From Acidobacteriota bacterium (GTDB lineage: Bacteria; Acidobacteriota; Vicinamibacteria; Fen-336): a DNA stretch of 64,000 nt. The translations under genes were made by a program, and so were the position numbers. The first letter of the stretch is position 1, and every line of letters begins with the position of its first letter. The stretch is from positions 163,762 through 227,761 of the forward strand of contig QHVM01000082.1 of assembly GCA_003223555.1 (NCBI GenBank), written 5' to 3'. Below are positions 9,983-18,771 of the stretch, piece after piece. The notes beneath the pieces are model-generated. The model was not told the DNA's origin. It was given only the letters and a program-made list of their open reading frames with translations, and made no database searches.

Positions 9983-11524
9983 ATGGTATCAGGGACCCTC
10001 ATGCTGACCGACCTCGCGATCACTCCCATCAGCGAGACGCTGCGCAACCTGTCGATCGACCGGCGCAGCGGCGACCTCCAGGTCCAGTCGGGGCGCACCG
10101 TCAAGACGGTGTTCTTCGACCATGGCCGCATCGTCTTCGCGGCCAGCAACCTCAAGAAGGACCGGCTGGGGGAGTCGCTGGTGGCCCTGGGGCGGATCAC
10201 CGACGAGGAGTTCAACCGCGCCTCGGCGCTGCTCCGGGAAGAGGGTCGAAAGCGCCGCTTCGGGGACGCCCTCGTCCACGCGGGGGTCCTGGACAAGAAC
10301 GAGGTCGGGCGCTCGGTGGCCCGGCAGGTGGACCGCATCGTGCGCTCGCTGTTCGAGCTGACGGAAGGGGTGACCGCCTTCGAGGACCGCCGCTCGGCCA
10401 TCCCGCTCGAGTACATGGTGAGCCTCTCCGTCCACCGCATGCTCTACGACGGCATCCGCCTGATGACGAGCCCCGAGCTGGTAGCGGCCGGCCTCGGCGA
10501 CCTCGACCGCCGCGTGAGCATGGTGGCCATCACCCCCTTCGCCTTCGACATGAAGGGCTGCCCGCCCGAAGAGCGGGAGATCCTCGAGCAGGCGCGGCGC
10601 AAGGTGACGCTGCGGCGGCTGGCCTGGGAGCCGGGCGGCCTGTCCTTCGCCCGCCTGCGCGCCTGTTACGCGCTCCTCGCCTCGGGCGTCCTGGAGGACG
10701 CCGAGCGCGCCGCCGATCCCGCCGAGCAGCCGGTCGTGCAGATGGAGACGGGTACTTTCCTGCTGTCCGCGCTCCGCCTCCAGCCCGACCCCTCCTCGCG
10801 GGACGCCATCCGGCAGGAGCTGGACGACGAGCTGGAGCGCTCGGCCCACCTCGACCGGGAGATGTGGCTGAAGGTCTCCCGCAACGCGCCCCGCGAGGAG
10901 CTCATCAAGGCGCTCGAGGACAAGATGGAGCGCTACCACACGCTGCTCGACGCGGCCGGGGACGACGAGGCGCTGAAGACCGACCTCGAGGTGATCCTGG
11001 GCCGAGCCTCCGCGATGCTGCGCCTGGCCCGCCAGGCGCCCGCCCCCCCCGCGCCGGCCGCTTCCGCGGCGCCGTCCGAGCCGGTCCCGGCCAATGAGGC
11101 GCGGACCGCCGACGGCGCTTTCGCCGGCGCGGCCCAGCTCGAGCACCTGCTGCTCGAGGGCGAGGTGCGGATGACCGTGTCCGACTACGCCAACGCCGTC
11201 CGCGTCTATGAGAAGCTCGTCGACCTCGCCCCGCGCGTGGCCGCCCACCGGGTGAGGCTGGCCATCGCCATGGCCAGCTACCCGCGCACCGCCAAGCAGG
11301 CGGAGCGTGAGTTCCTCGACGCGCTGCGCCTGGAGCCGAACAACGCCGACATCCATTACCAGTTCGGCCTCTACTACAAGGTGATGAAGCAGCGGGCGCG
11401 GGCCCTGGCCGAGATGCAGGCGGCCGTGCGCCTCAACCCGCGCCACCGCCTGGCCCGGGCGGAGCTGGAGGTGCTGTCGCCCAAGGACAGTGCGCTCCTC
11501 AACCTGAAGAAGCTGTTCAAGTAA
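9983..11524 (+). CDS. DUF4388 (PATAN-like) domain protein with C-terminal TPR repeats
   Basis: N-terminus LTDLAITPISETLRNLSIDRRSGDLQVQSGRTVKTVFFDHGRIVFAASN is the DUF4388 signature. C-terminal TPR-like helices (RVAAHRVRLAIAMASYPRTAKQAEREFLDALRLEPNNADIHYQFGLYYKV...). Confidence 0.7.
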   Translation: MVSGTLMLTDLAITPISETLRNLSIDRRSGDLQVQSGRTVKTVFFDHGRIVFAASNLKKDRLGESLVALGRITDEEFNRASALLREEGRKRRFGDALVHAGVLDKNEVGRSVARQVDRIVRSLFELTEGVTAFEDRRSAIPLEYMVSLSVHRMLYDGIRLMTSPELVAAGLGDLDRRVSMVAITPFAFDMKGCPPEEREILEQARRKVTLRRLAWEPGGLSFARLRACYALLASGVLEDAERAADPAEQPVVQMETGTFLLSALRLQPDPSSRDAIRQELDDELERSAHLDREMWLKVSRNAPREELIKALEDKMERYHTLLDAAGDDEALKTDLEVILGRASAMLRLARQAPAPPAPAASAAPSEPVPANEARTADGAFAGAAQLEHLLLEGEVRMTVSDYANAVRVYEKLVDLAPRVAAHRVRLAIAMASYPRTAKQAEREFLDALRLEPNNADIHYQFGLYYKVMKQRARALAEMQAAVRLNPRHRLARAELEVLSPKDSALLNLKKLFK

Positions 11525-11533
11525 TCTCGAATG

Positions 11534-11900
11534 CGGGCGAGCTACGCTCCGCATGGGTCTTCGTCATGCGCGCTCGCGGGAATGAATCCCGCTGCGCGCG
11601 CTGAAGGAAATGCTCCGCTGCGCTCGCCCGAACGCCGGGGATCGAAGCGGTCTCGCCCTGCGGGCGAGCTACGCTCCGCATGGGTCTTCGTCATGCGCGC
11701 TCGCGGGAATGAATCCCGCGGCGCGCACTGAAGGAAATGCTCCGCTGCGCTCGCCCGAACGCCGGGGATCGAAGCGGTTTCGCCCTGCGGGCGAGCTACG
11801 CTCCGCATGGGTCTTCGTCATGCGCGCTCGCGGGAATGAATCCCGCGGCGCGCACTGAAGGAAATGCTCCGCTGCGCTCGCCCGAACGCCAGGGAACGGG
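11534..11900. repeat. Tandem array of ~127-bp repeat units (2 full + 1 partial) belonging to the dispersed GCTCCGCT-core repeat family
   Basis: Unit starts (GCGGGCGAGCTACGCTCCGCATGG...) at 11534, 11660 and 11787. Each unit carries the hairpin CGCGGG-AATGAAT-CCCGCG and the right-end motif GAAATGCTCCGCTGCGCTCGCCCGAACGCC. The small ORFs 11531..11982 are repeat artefacts. Confidence 0.85.
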
Positions 11901-11932
11901 CGAAGCGGCGCTTCCTCGCTTTGCTTGCTGCG

Positions 11933-12775
11933 CTACCGGACCGCGAAGAGCAGCAGGCCGAACGGGGCCACGGCGGCCATGATCAGTACCGGGTCGGCGA
12001 GCAGCAGAGCCTGGACGAGGAACGGAAAGGCCACCACCAGGAGGACGATCCCCGGAAGGGGTCCGGCAACCGACCCCAGCCGGCCGGCCAGCGTCTCGCG
12101 GTTTCCGGCCACGCCGCTCCTGCGCGCGACGATGGCGGCGCCGAGCAACATCGCTCCCCAGGCGATCCACGCCCGGCGAGCCGTGAAGAGCGCTTCGGCG
12201 GAGGTGGCTCGCCAGAGGACGCCCACCGCGAGCAGGGCCAGGACCGAGCCCAGGGCGAGGCCGCCGCGGCGCAGCGCCTCCCGGGTCGGGCGGCCCGATC
12301 CCGCCCACCACTCGGCGCCGAGCGTGTACGAGCCGACGATGACCGCCCAGCCCACGAAGTTGCCGACGGGCACGCCGAGCCACGCGGCCGGTGGCGTCCA
12401 CCGCCAGAGCCCGTCCCGCACCGCCACCGGCTCCATGGCCAGGTCCACCGCGATCGCGAGAAGGGCGGCCGCGAGTGCTCGTCGGGCCGGCGTGGCGCTC
12501 CCGCGGCGGACGGCCACCGCCATGGCGCACGAGATGACGGCCGCCCATACCGCTACCACGGCCAGGGGCACGCCGCCGGGGGCGACCCGCCAGGACGATG
12601 GGTACTCGTGCGCGGCGAAGGCCGCGATGGCGGCGATCTCCAGCGCGTATCCATAGGCGGCGAGGGCGAGAAGCTCTCCCGCGGCCCGCCGTCCGCCGAG
12701 GGCGCGGCGGGCGTGGATGAAGGCGAGGGCCAGTGCCGCCGGCGCGACGAGAAGCTCGTAGGCTCCCGCCGGCAA
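11933..12775 (-). CDS. Polytopic integral membrane protein (~281 aa, probable TTG start at 12775), translationally coupled to the upstream PEP-utilising enzyme gene. Possibly carotenoid-biosynthesis-associated/DUF422-like
   Basis: Hydrophobic throughout (…NFVGWAVIVGSYTLGAEWW…, …LLVVAFPFLVQALLLADPVLIMAAVAPFGLLLFAVR). In-frame TTG 5 nt after the upstream stop. Family assignment is tentative. Confidence 0.5.
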   Translation of the reverse strand: MPAGAYELLVAPAALALAFIHARRALGGRRAAGELLALAAYGYALEIAAIAAFAAHEYPSSWRVAPGGVPLAVVAVWAAVISCAMAVAVRRGSATPARRALAAALLAIAVDLAMEPVAVRDGLWRWTPPAAWLGVPVGNFVGWAVIVGSYTLGAEWWAGSGRPTREALRRGGLALGSVLALLAVGVLWRATSAEALFTARRAWIAWGAMLLGAAIVARRSGVAGNRETLAGRLGSVAGPLPGIVLLVVAFPFLVQALLLADPVLIMAAVAPFGLLLFAVR

Positions 12776-12780
12776 CCGGC

Positions 12781-15700
12781 TCAACGCCGAGCCCGTTCGG
12801 CGATCCCGAAGCCGCTCCGGCCGGCGCCCTCGTACCGGGTGAAGCTCTCGTCGAGGACCAGCCGCCAGGGCCGGCCGGCGAGATGGCGGCCGGGGCGGCT
12901 CTCGGGCTGGACGGGCACGCTCAGCGTCGAGACGACCGTGCCCCTGACGTGCAGGGCGGGACCGGCGTCGGTCGTCACCTCGAGCTCGACCGAGCGGGGC
13001 CGGCCGGCGTCCTCGACCCAGGCGTGCTCCACGCGCGTGACCCGCTCGAGCGCTCCTCCGCGCCAGAGGAAGCCCCCCTCCACCATCCGGCCGCGCAGGC
13101 ACACCGCCAGCGCGTGCAGCGCGACGTCCTCGCCCAGGCGCACGGTGAAGAGGCCCCAGTGGTCGGCGGCGTCCCAGTCGCGGCGGCCGGCGGAGTGGTC
13201 GCGGCTCCCCGTTCCCACGAAGGTGAAGCGCCGCCCGTCCACCACGACCTCGCCCTCCGCCGTCCCCGACTGCTCGACGTGATGGGCGCCGAGCGGCTCC
13301 AGGAAGCGTCGGGTGTCCTCGTCGACGATGGCGCACAGGTCGACGGCCGGGGTCGTCGGCCGGAAGGCGAGGTCGATCGTCGCCTCCACGGTGCGCGGCG
13401 CGAGCAGCACCGGGAGGGGGCCGGGCGGGAAGGCGTCGGCCTCGTGCTCGGCGAGGCGCGTCGCCGCCCGCAGGCGCGGCGGCCTCCAGCCCCCGGCCAG
13501 GCCCGCCACGGCCAGCGCGCCCTCGTCCCGGCGGCCGTCGCCGCGCTCCAGCGCGAAGAGAAGCTTCCCGTCGGGCAGGAGAAGGGCGAGGACCCCCTCG
13601 CCCCGTCCGCCCGCCTTGAGCCCGAGAGAGCACACGATGCCGAGACGGCTCGTGGGGTCGAAGAGGTTGAAGTACACGCTCTCCCGCGCCAGGGGGTGAT
13701 CGTCCAGCGCGGGGAAGTCCTCTCCGGGCGCCGGAGGCCAGGCGAGGGCCCCGCGCGCGCTCGCGCCCGCTTCGGCCGGCCACGGCACGATCCGTCCCGC
13801 GCCGCCGTCGACCAGGATGCGCTGGCCGCCGCGGATGCGGCGCGTGGCATCGCGCACGTCCACGACGCACGGCACGCCCAGCTCCCGGGCCACGACCGCG
13901 CCGTGCGAAAGCAGGCCCCCCATCTCGGCCACCGCCCCGGCGGCGGAGGCGAGCAAGGGGCCGAGGGCCGCGTCGAGCACCGGCGCCACCAGCACCTCGC
14001 CCGGCTCGATCCGCGCCGTCTCGCCCTGGCGCACCACGCGCGCGGGCCCGACGCCGATGCCCGCGCTCACGCCGAGGCCGGCCAGGTCGCCTTCCGCCGG
14101 GGGCGCCGCCCCGGGGGCCGAGAAGTCGACCTCCCGCGGCGCGGCCAACGCGGCTTCGCGCTCCCAGCGGCGCCGGCGGCGCGCGACCGCCGGCCGGGAC
14201 ACGGCCGCCCCCCGCAGGGCCGCGCCCAGCTCGCCCGCGGTCAGGAAGAAGACGTCGTCCTCGGCCGCCAGCGCGCCGGTGGCGGCCAGCCGGCTCGCCG
14301 CCGCGCGCGCGATGTCCCGGCCGTGCTGGACGAGGACGACGGCGAGCGACTTCGTCGCTTCCCGCCGGGTCACCCATTCCCGCGCCGAGGCCAGGCCGCG
14401 CCGGAAGAGGGCCGCCCGCAGCGGCCCCAGCCGCGAGGCGATGGCCGCCTCGTCCGCGCGTCCGAGCTGCCCGGCGGCCCGGGCCCGGAACCCCGGCGGC
14501 CGCGCCGAGGACAGCCGCGCCTGCAAGGCGGCGAGCAGCGGCGAAGGATCGTCCTCCCAGGTGGGCGAGCGCAGCTCTCCTTCGGAGAGGCCGCGATGGC
14601 CCCACCGGCGCAGGAGATCGGCCAGGCGGGCGCGCAGCGCGGGCGGCGCGTCGCCCCGGCGCAGCGCCGCGGTGGCTCGAGCCGTCGGCTGGGCGAGCCA
14701 GGCCACCCATTCCAGATGCGCGGGCGCCTCCCCGGCGAGGACTTCCAGCGCCGCGACCGGGGCCGCGCTGTCGAGGCCGGCCAGGCCGGTCACGAGGCGG
14801 TTCACGCGAGGCGCGGCCTCGCCCGGCGCGAGGAGCGCGAGCAGCCGGGCCAGCAGCGCCAGCCGCACGCCGCACGCGCCCGAAGTGGCGACGTGGGCGG
14901 TGGCGACGAGGAGGCCGGTCCGCTCGAGGCCTTCGAGCATTGCGGCGAGCTCGTCCGCGCGGGCGGCCGCGACCGCTGCCCGTGACGGCCGGCGGGCGAG
15001 GGCCTGCTGCGCAGAGGCGATCTCTTCGGGCAGCCCTCGCGCCATCACCCGCAGCCGGGCCAGCACCCTGGCCAGCCGCGGCCAGGCGCTGACGGGCAGA
15101 CGGACCCGCTGCGCGGCGCCGCCGCCGAGGACCAGGCGCTCGACGTCGTCGCTCGCGAGGCCGGGCAGGCCGCGGCCGATCTCGAGGCAGAGGGAGAGGT
15201 TGAGGTAGACGCGCTCGCGGTGCAGCACCAGGAACGGTGGAGCATCGGCGGGAAGCAGCCCGGCTCGGCTCGCCACGTCGCGGAAGGCCTGCTCGAGGAG
15301 CGCCACCACCGTCGAGGCGGTCAGGGGGGTCACCGGATCGGGCAGCACCTCGCCGACGTTGGCGCGCGTGAGGCGCCGCAGGCGAGGGTCGCGGGGCGCC
15401 TCGCCCCCGGCGGTGATGGGCCGGGACTGCAGCAGCACGACGCCGCCCGAGCTGACCGCCCATTCCACGTCCTGGGGTCCGCCCAGCAGATCCTCGACCC
15501 GGCGCGCCAGGCGGAAGACGGTCGCCAGGTCGGGCGCGGGGAGGCTTCCCGTGGCCGGTCCCTCCCGTAGCGCTCCCGTCTCGCGGTCGAGGACGTATCG
15601 GTCGGGTCGCACCGAGCCCGATACCACCGCCTCGCCCCGGCCCGGGTGGGACTCGACGAGCATCGCGTCCGGCTCGGCGGGATGGCGGGTGAAGACGACC

Positions 15701-16119
15701 CCGGCCGCGCGCGGCTCTACGAAGCGCTGGACGAGGACGGCCGGGACGGTCAGGCTGCCGTCGACGGCCAGCCCCATGACGCGCGCGTAACCGGCCGCCG
15801 CTTCCGCCGAGCGACGCACCGCTTCGACGGCCGGGACGAGCACCTCGGCGCTCACGTCGAGCAGCGTGCGGTACTGGCCGGCGAAGCTGGCTTCGGCGGT
15901 GTCCTCGACGAGAGCCGACGAGCGTACGGCCACCCGCCCGCCGAGGCGGGCGGCGGCGGAGAGGAGGGCCGTCTCGCCGCCCTCGCCGATGACCTCGTCC
16001 GCGGCGACGACGAAACCGTCGGGGACGGGCAGGCCCGCTTGCCGGAGGCGGGCGAGGACGAACGCCTTGCCTCCGACGTGGAGGCGGTCAGCTTCGCCGA
16101 TCTCGTCCAGCCAGATCAC
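12781..16119 (-). CDS. Multidomain PEP-utilising enzyme (1112 aa): N-terminal PPDK/PEP-synthase-type ATP-grasp nucleotide-binding domain, central phosphohistidine swivel (mobile) domain, and ~300-aa C-terminal domain of unknown function (rifampin-phosphotransferase-like architecture plus extension)
   Basis: N-terminus IGEADRLHVGGKAFVLARLRQAGLPVPDGFVV (the PPDK_N hallmark). Swivel-domain signature GGLLSHGAVVARELGVPCVVDV near residue 760. No TIM-barrel PEP-utilizer C-domain recognised. Confidence 0.7.
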   Translation of the reverse strand: MIWLDEIGEADRLHVGGKAFVLARLRQAGLPVPDGFVVAADEVIGEGGETALLSAAARLGGRVAVRSSALVEDTAEASFAGQYRTLLDVSAEVLVPAVEAVRRSAEAAAGYARVMGLAVDGSLTVPAVLVQRFVEPRAAGVVFTRHPAEPDAMLVESHPGRGEAVVSGSVRPDRYVLDRETGALREGPATGSLPAPDLATVFRLARRVEDLLGGPQDVEWAVSSGGVVLLQSRPITAGGEAPRDPRLRRLTRANVGEVLPDPVTPLTASTVVALLEQAFRDVASRAGLLPADAPPFLVLHRERVYLNLSLCLEIGRGLPGLASDDVERLVLGGGAAQRVRLPVSAWPRLARVLARLRVMARGLPEEIASAQQALARRPSRAAVAAARADELAAMLEGLERTGLLVATAHVATSGACGVRLALLARLLALLAPGEAAPRVNRLVTGLAGLDSAAPVAALEVLAGEAPAHLEWVAWLAQPTARATAALRRGDAPPALRARLADLLRRWGHRGLSEGELRSPTWEDDPSPLLAALQARLSSARPPGFRARAAGQLGRADEAAIASRLGPLRAALFRRGLASAREWVTRREATKSLAVVLVQHGRDIARAAASRLAATGALAAEDDVFFLTAGELGAALRGAAVSRPAVARRRRRWEREAALAAPREVDFSAPGAAPPAEGDLAGLGVSAGIGVGPARVVRQGETARIEPGEVLVAPVLDAALGPLLASAAGAVAEMGGLLSHGAVVARELGVPCVVDVRDATRRIRGGQRILVDGGAGRIVPWPAEAGASARGALAWPPAPGEDFPALDDHPLARESVYFNLFDPTSRLGIVCSLGLKAGGRGEGVLALLLPDGKLLFALERGDGRRDEGALAVAGLAGGWRPPRLRAATRLAEHEADAFPPGPLPVLLAPRTVEATIDLAFRPTTPAVDLCAIVDEDTRRFLEPLGAHHVEQSGTAEGEVVVDGRRFTFVGTGSRDHSAGRRDWDAADHWGLFTVRLGEDVALHALAVCLRGRMVEGGFLWRGGALERVTRVEHAWVEDAGRPRSVELEVTTDAGPALHVRGTVVSTLSVPVQPESRPGRHLAGRPWRLVLDESFTRYEGAGRSGFGIAERARR

Positions 16120-16143
16120 GCCGGGGCCGGGCGTACCGGCTCT

Positions 16144-16659
16144 CTAGCGGGGACTCGACGGGGCGGCAGGGCTTCCGGAGGGCGTGATGGTGAAGGTCTT
16201 CTCTCCCGCCTTCGCCCCTCCGGCCCAGATCTCCACGCGATGGGTGCCGGCCGGCCAGGCCGACGTGTCCTTGGCTCGGAAATTGACCACGTTGGCCCCG
16301 GGCGGGACCACCAGCTGGTCGTCTCCTTCTCCGGCCCCGGTGGGGGAATACCAGGAGAGCTTGACCTCGGTCCCGGGGGAGATCGCGCTCACCTTCAGGG
16401 AGACGAAGAGGGGGTTGCCCTGGGCGAAAGCGGCGCCGGCCGCGGACACGCTTCCATCGGGAGCGAGGCTGTGGCCGAGCACGACCGAATCCATGAGCAC
16501 AGTCCGCGCCGCCTCGGCCACGCCGCCTGCGGGCGCCCCGGCCGGGACGGCGGACGCCGCCGGCGCCGGCGTGGGGGCGGGCTCGTTGCGGGAGCAGCCG
16601 CCCGAGCCGGCGAGCGTGGCAAGGCCCAGGGCGGCAACGCCGATTCTTGCGTTCATCAT
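16144..16659 (-). CDS. Small secreted lipoprotein (signal peptide + lipobox-like LAGSGGC)
   Basis: MMNARIGVAALGLATLAGSGGCSRNEP..., then an Ala/Pro-rich linker and a beta-rich C-terminal domain. Confidence 0.6.
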   Translation of the reverse strand: MMNARIGVAALGLATLAGSGGCSRNEPAPTPAPAASAVPAGAPAGGVAEAARTVLMDSVVLGHSLAPDGSVSAAGAAFAQGNPLFVSLKVSAISPGTEVKLSWYSPTGAGEGDDQLVVPPGANVVNFRAKDTSAWPAGTHRVEIWAGGAKAGEKTFTITPSGSPAAPSSPR

Positions 16660-16740
16660 GAGGCTCCTCCCTCCGATTCTATGCTCTCGGGGACGGCGCC
16701 GGCAGCCCTGCGCACGCTCGGCGCGGGCCGCGGTCCCCGC

Positions 16741-17634
16741 TCAGCTCATCGGCCCCTGCGCGATGCGCTCCAGGATCGCGATCGGGGCCTTGTCGGGCAG
16801 GACCAGGGTGGCCCGCGCCACGAGGAACGTCTGCTCGAGGGCGTAGCGTCCCCTCAGCACGGCGTGGGAGACCATGTCGGTGAACACCATCCACGTCGAG
16901 CCGGCCGGGAACTCCACCTGGCGCTTCTCGACCGAGCGCTGGAACTCCGCGCTCTCCTTCAGGTGATGATGGAAGGAGAGCATGAAGCGGTCGTAGGGGG
17001 AGCGCACGGACACGTCCAGCCCCGCCCATCGCGCCAGCCTGCGCAGCCGGTCGGCGAGGCCGTCCCGCCGTGCCCGCTCAACCAGGGCCGGCGGCGCGAA
17101 GCGGGGCGCGATCTGCTCGAAGGTGCCCCCCGTGAGCCATACCCGCGCCTCGGCCGGGTTGACGTTGGTGAAGAGGCGCAGGATCCGGTCGCCCCGGGTC
17201 GGCCGGGTGGGGAAGGCGTCGACGTGCAGCAGGTCGTTGCGCGACCGGCGCGGCAGCTCCCGCCCCTCCTCCTCCTCGGGCCGGAAGCTCGCCAAGTCGA
17301 CCCTCCAGCTCCGCGCGTAACGCGGCAGGAGCCACGCCGCGAACTCCGTGGCCCGCCGCGAATAGAGCCGGAGGGCGCCGCGCAGCCGCTCGGCGTCGGC
17401 GCTCGTTCCGCGGGCGAACCCGGTCACCCGGTCCTGGGCCGGGCGGTAGGCGATGTTCTTGTGGTAGCCCGCCCCGCTCTGGCGCTGAGCGAGGAGGACC
17501 GCGCGTTCCGCCTCCGGCAGCTCGAACGGCGATCCAGGGAAGAAGAGGATCCGTCCCTCCTCGAGGGCCCGGCAGTAGTCGATCTCACGCGCCGGTGAAG
17601 GATCGGCCACCGTCTCCACGAGGGGAAGGACCAT
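16741..17634 (-). CDS. Kdo hydroxylase-like protein (KdoO family Fe(II)/2-oxoglutarate dioxygenase)
   Basis: Motifs RILFFPGSPF, LLHVDAFPTRPTRGDRILRLFTNVNP and WMVFTDMVSHAVL resemble the Kdo_hydroxy family. Assigned from memory of the family, not from a search. Confidence 0.5.
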   Translation of the reverse strand: MVLPLVETVADPSPAREIDYCRALEEGRILFFPGSPFELPEAERAVLLAQRQSGAGYHKNIAYRPAQDRVTGFARGTSADAERLRGALRLYSRRATEFAAWLLPRYARSWRVDLASFRPEEEEGRELPRRSRNDLLHVDAFPTRPTRGDRILRLFTNVNPAEARVWLTGGTFEQIAPRFAPPALVERARRDGLADRLRRLARWAGLDVSVRSPYDRFMLSFHHHLKESAEFQRSVEKRQVEFPAGSTWMVFTDMVSHAVLRGRYALEQTFLVARATLVLPDKAPIAILERIAQGPMS

Positions 17635-17644
17635 CGCGGCGAGC

Positions 17645-18694
17645 CTACCACGGCCGGGTGAGGAACTCCCAGACGAAGGCCACCGTGAGGAAGGAGAGCA
17701 GCACCTGCGCCGACTGCGGGGAGCGGACCTTCAGGCGGTGCCAGGCTCCGGCGGCCAGCAGCAGCACCGGGAGCATCAGCAGCAGTACGCCGCCGGCGGC
17801 GCCGAAGCCGAGCCGGTCGGCCCACGGCGCCAGGGGCGCCGCCCGGAGCACTCCGCCGTAGAGCAGCTGGAGATGCAGCACGTAGACGAGCAGCGTCTCG
17901 TGCCCGATGAGGGCGAGCGCCGCGATGCCCGGCCACTCTCGCCGGGCCGCCGTTTCCATCCCGAGCAGGAGCAGCAGCAGGCCGCCGAGACGGAGCAGCG
18001 CGTAGCCGGGCGACGGCCCCCAGAAATCGACCCGGCCTCTCAGCGCCAACGAGATGGCGGCGCCGGCGACGAGCAGCCCGCCGCCCCAGACGAGAGCCCG
18101 GCGGGCGCGCGTGGCCGCGCCCTGCCGGCCCAGGGCCGAGCCGGCGACCGTCCCCGCCAGCACGAAGGCGGAGAAGGGGAACACCGGGAAGGGCGAGGGG
18201 GCGGCCTGGGCGTCGAAGTAGGCGCCGGCGGCCAGGGGCAGCCGGCGCGACAGGTCCGAGGCCCACACGAAGGGAGTGGCGGCGAGCACGGCCAGCGTCA
18301 GCGCGCCCGCCGCTCCCACCCAGCGCCGGCCGGCCACCCATTGCAGGGCGAGGACGAAGAGCTGGCTCACCGCGATCACGTGCAGGGCGTTGCACGAGAG
18401 GGCATGGGCCTTCTCGGCCGGGGTGCCCTGCAGCACCGTCTTCCACAGCGACAGGTAGGGAAGGTTCAGGGCGTAGCCGACGCCGAGGATGAAGAACAGC
18501 CGGCGTGCGCGCCGGAGGCTGGCCCGGGCCGACAGGGGAGCGCGGGGCAGGCCGGCCACGAACCCGGAGGCAAACAGGAACCCCGGCGCGGTCGAGCCAT
18601 GGAAGAGGAGCTGGAGCTGGTAGAGGGGATCCGCGCGGGCGGCCGGGGACAGCAGCGTCTCGGCGAGGTGGCCCTGGACCATGACGAGGGCCAC
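17645..18694 (-). CDS. DUF1624 / acyltransferase-3-like polytopic membrane protein (HGSNAT-like). The true start may lie upstream of the first canonical start codon
   Basis: Multi-TM protein. The conserved N-terminal motif (R-x-I-x-ID-x-FRG) is encoded in-frame just upstream (…RREIYIDAFRGLVALVM…) with no ATG/GTG/TTG. Confidence 0.55.
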   Translation of the reverse strand: MALVMVQGHLAETLLSPAARADPLYQLQLLFHGSTAPGFLFASGFVAGLPRAPLSARASLRRARRLFFILGVGYALNLPYLSLWKTVLQGTPAEKAHALSCNALHVIAVSQLFVLALQWVAGRRWVGAAGALTLAVLAATPFVWASDLSRRLPLAAGAYFDAQAAPSPFPVFPFSAFVLAGTVAGSALGRQGAATRARRALVWGGGLLVAGAAISLALRGRVDFWGPSPGYALLRLGGLLLLLLGMETAARREWPGIAALALIGHETLLVYVLHLQLLYGGVLRAAPLAPWADRLGFGAAGGVLLLMLPVLLLAAGAWHRLKVRSPQSAQVLLSFLTVAFVWEFLTRPW

Positions 18695-18771
18695 CAGCCC
18701 CCGGAACGCATCGATGTAGATCTCGCGGCGGGCGCGGGGGCGCGCGCGCCGCTCAGGCCCGACCCACTGCC

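Noticed and set aside
11534-11900. Possible CRISPR array
   Set aside because: Repeat units are 118-127 bp, directly abutting with no unique spacers. There are no cas genes in the window. Copies are also dispersed singly elsewhere, so this is a tandemised interspersed repeat and not CRISPR.
11531-11982. Three overlapping small ORFs (66-82 aa) with near-identical products
   Set aside because: They are read-through translations of the 127-bp tandem repeat array, not genes.
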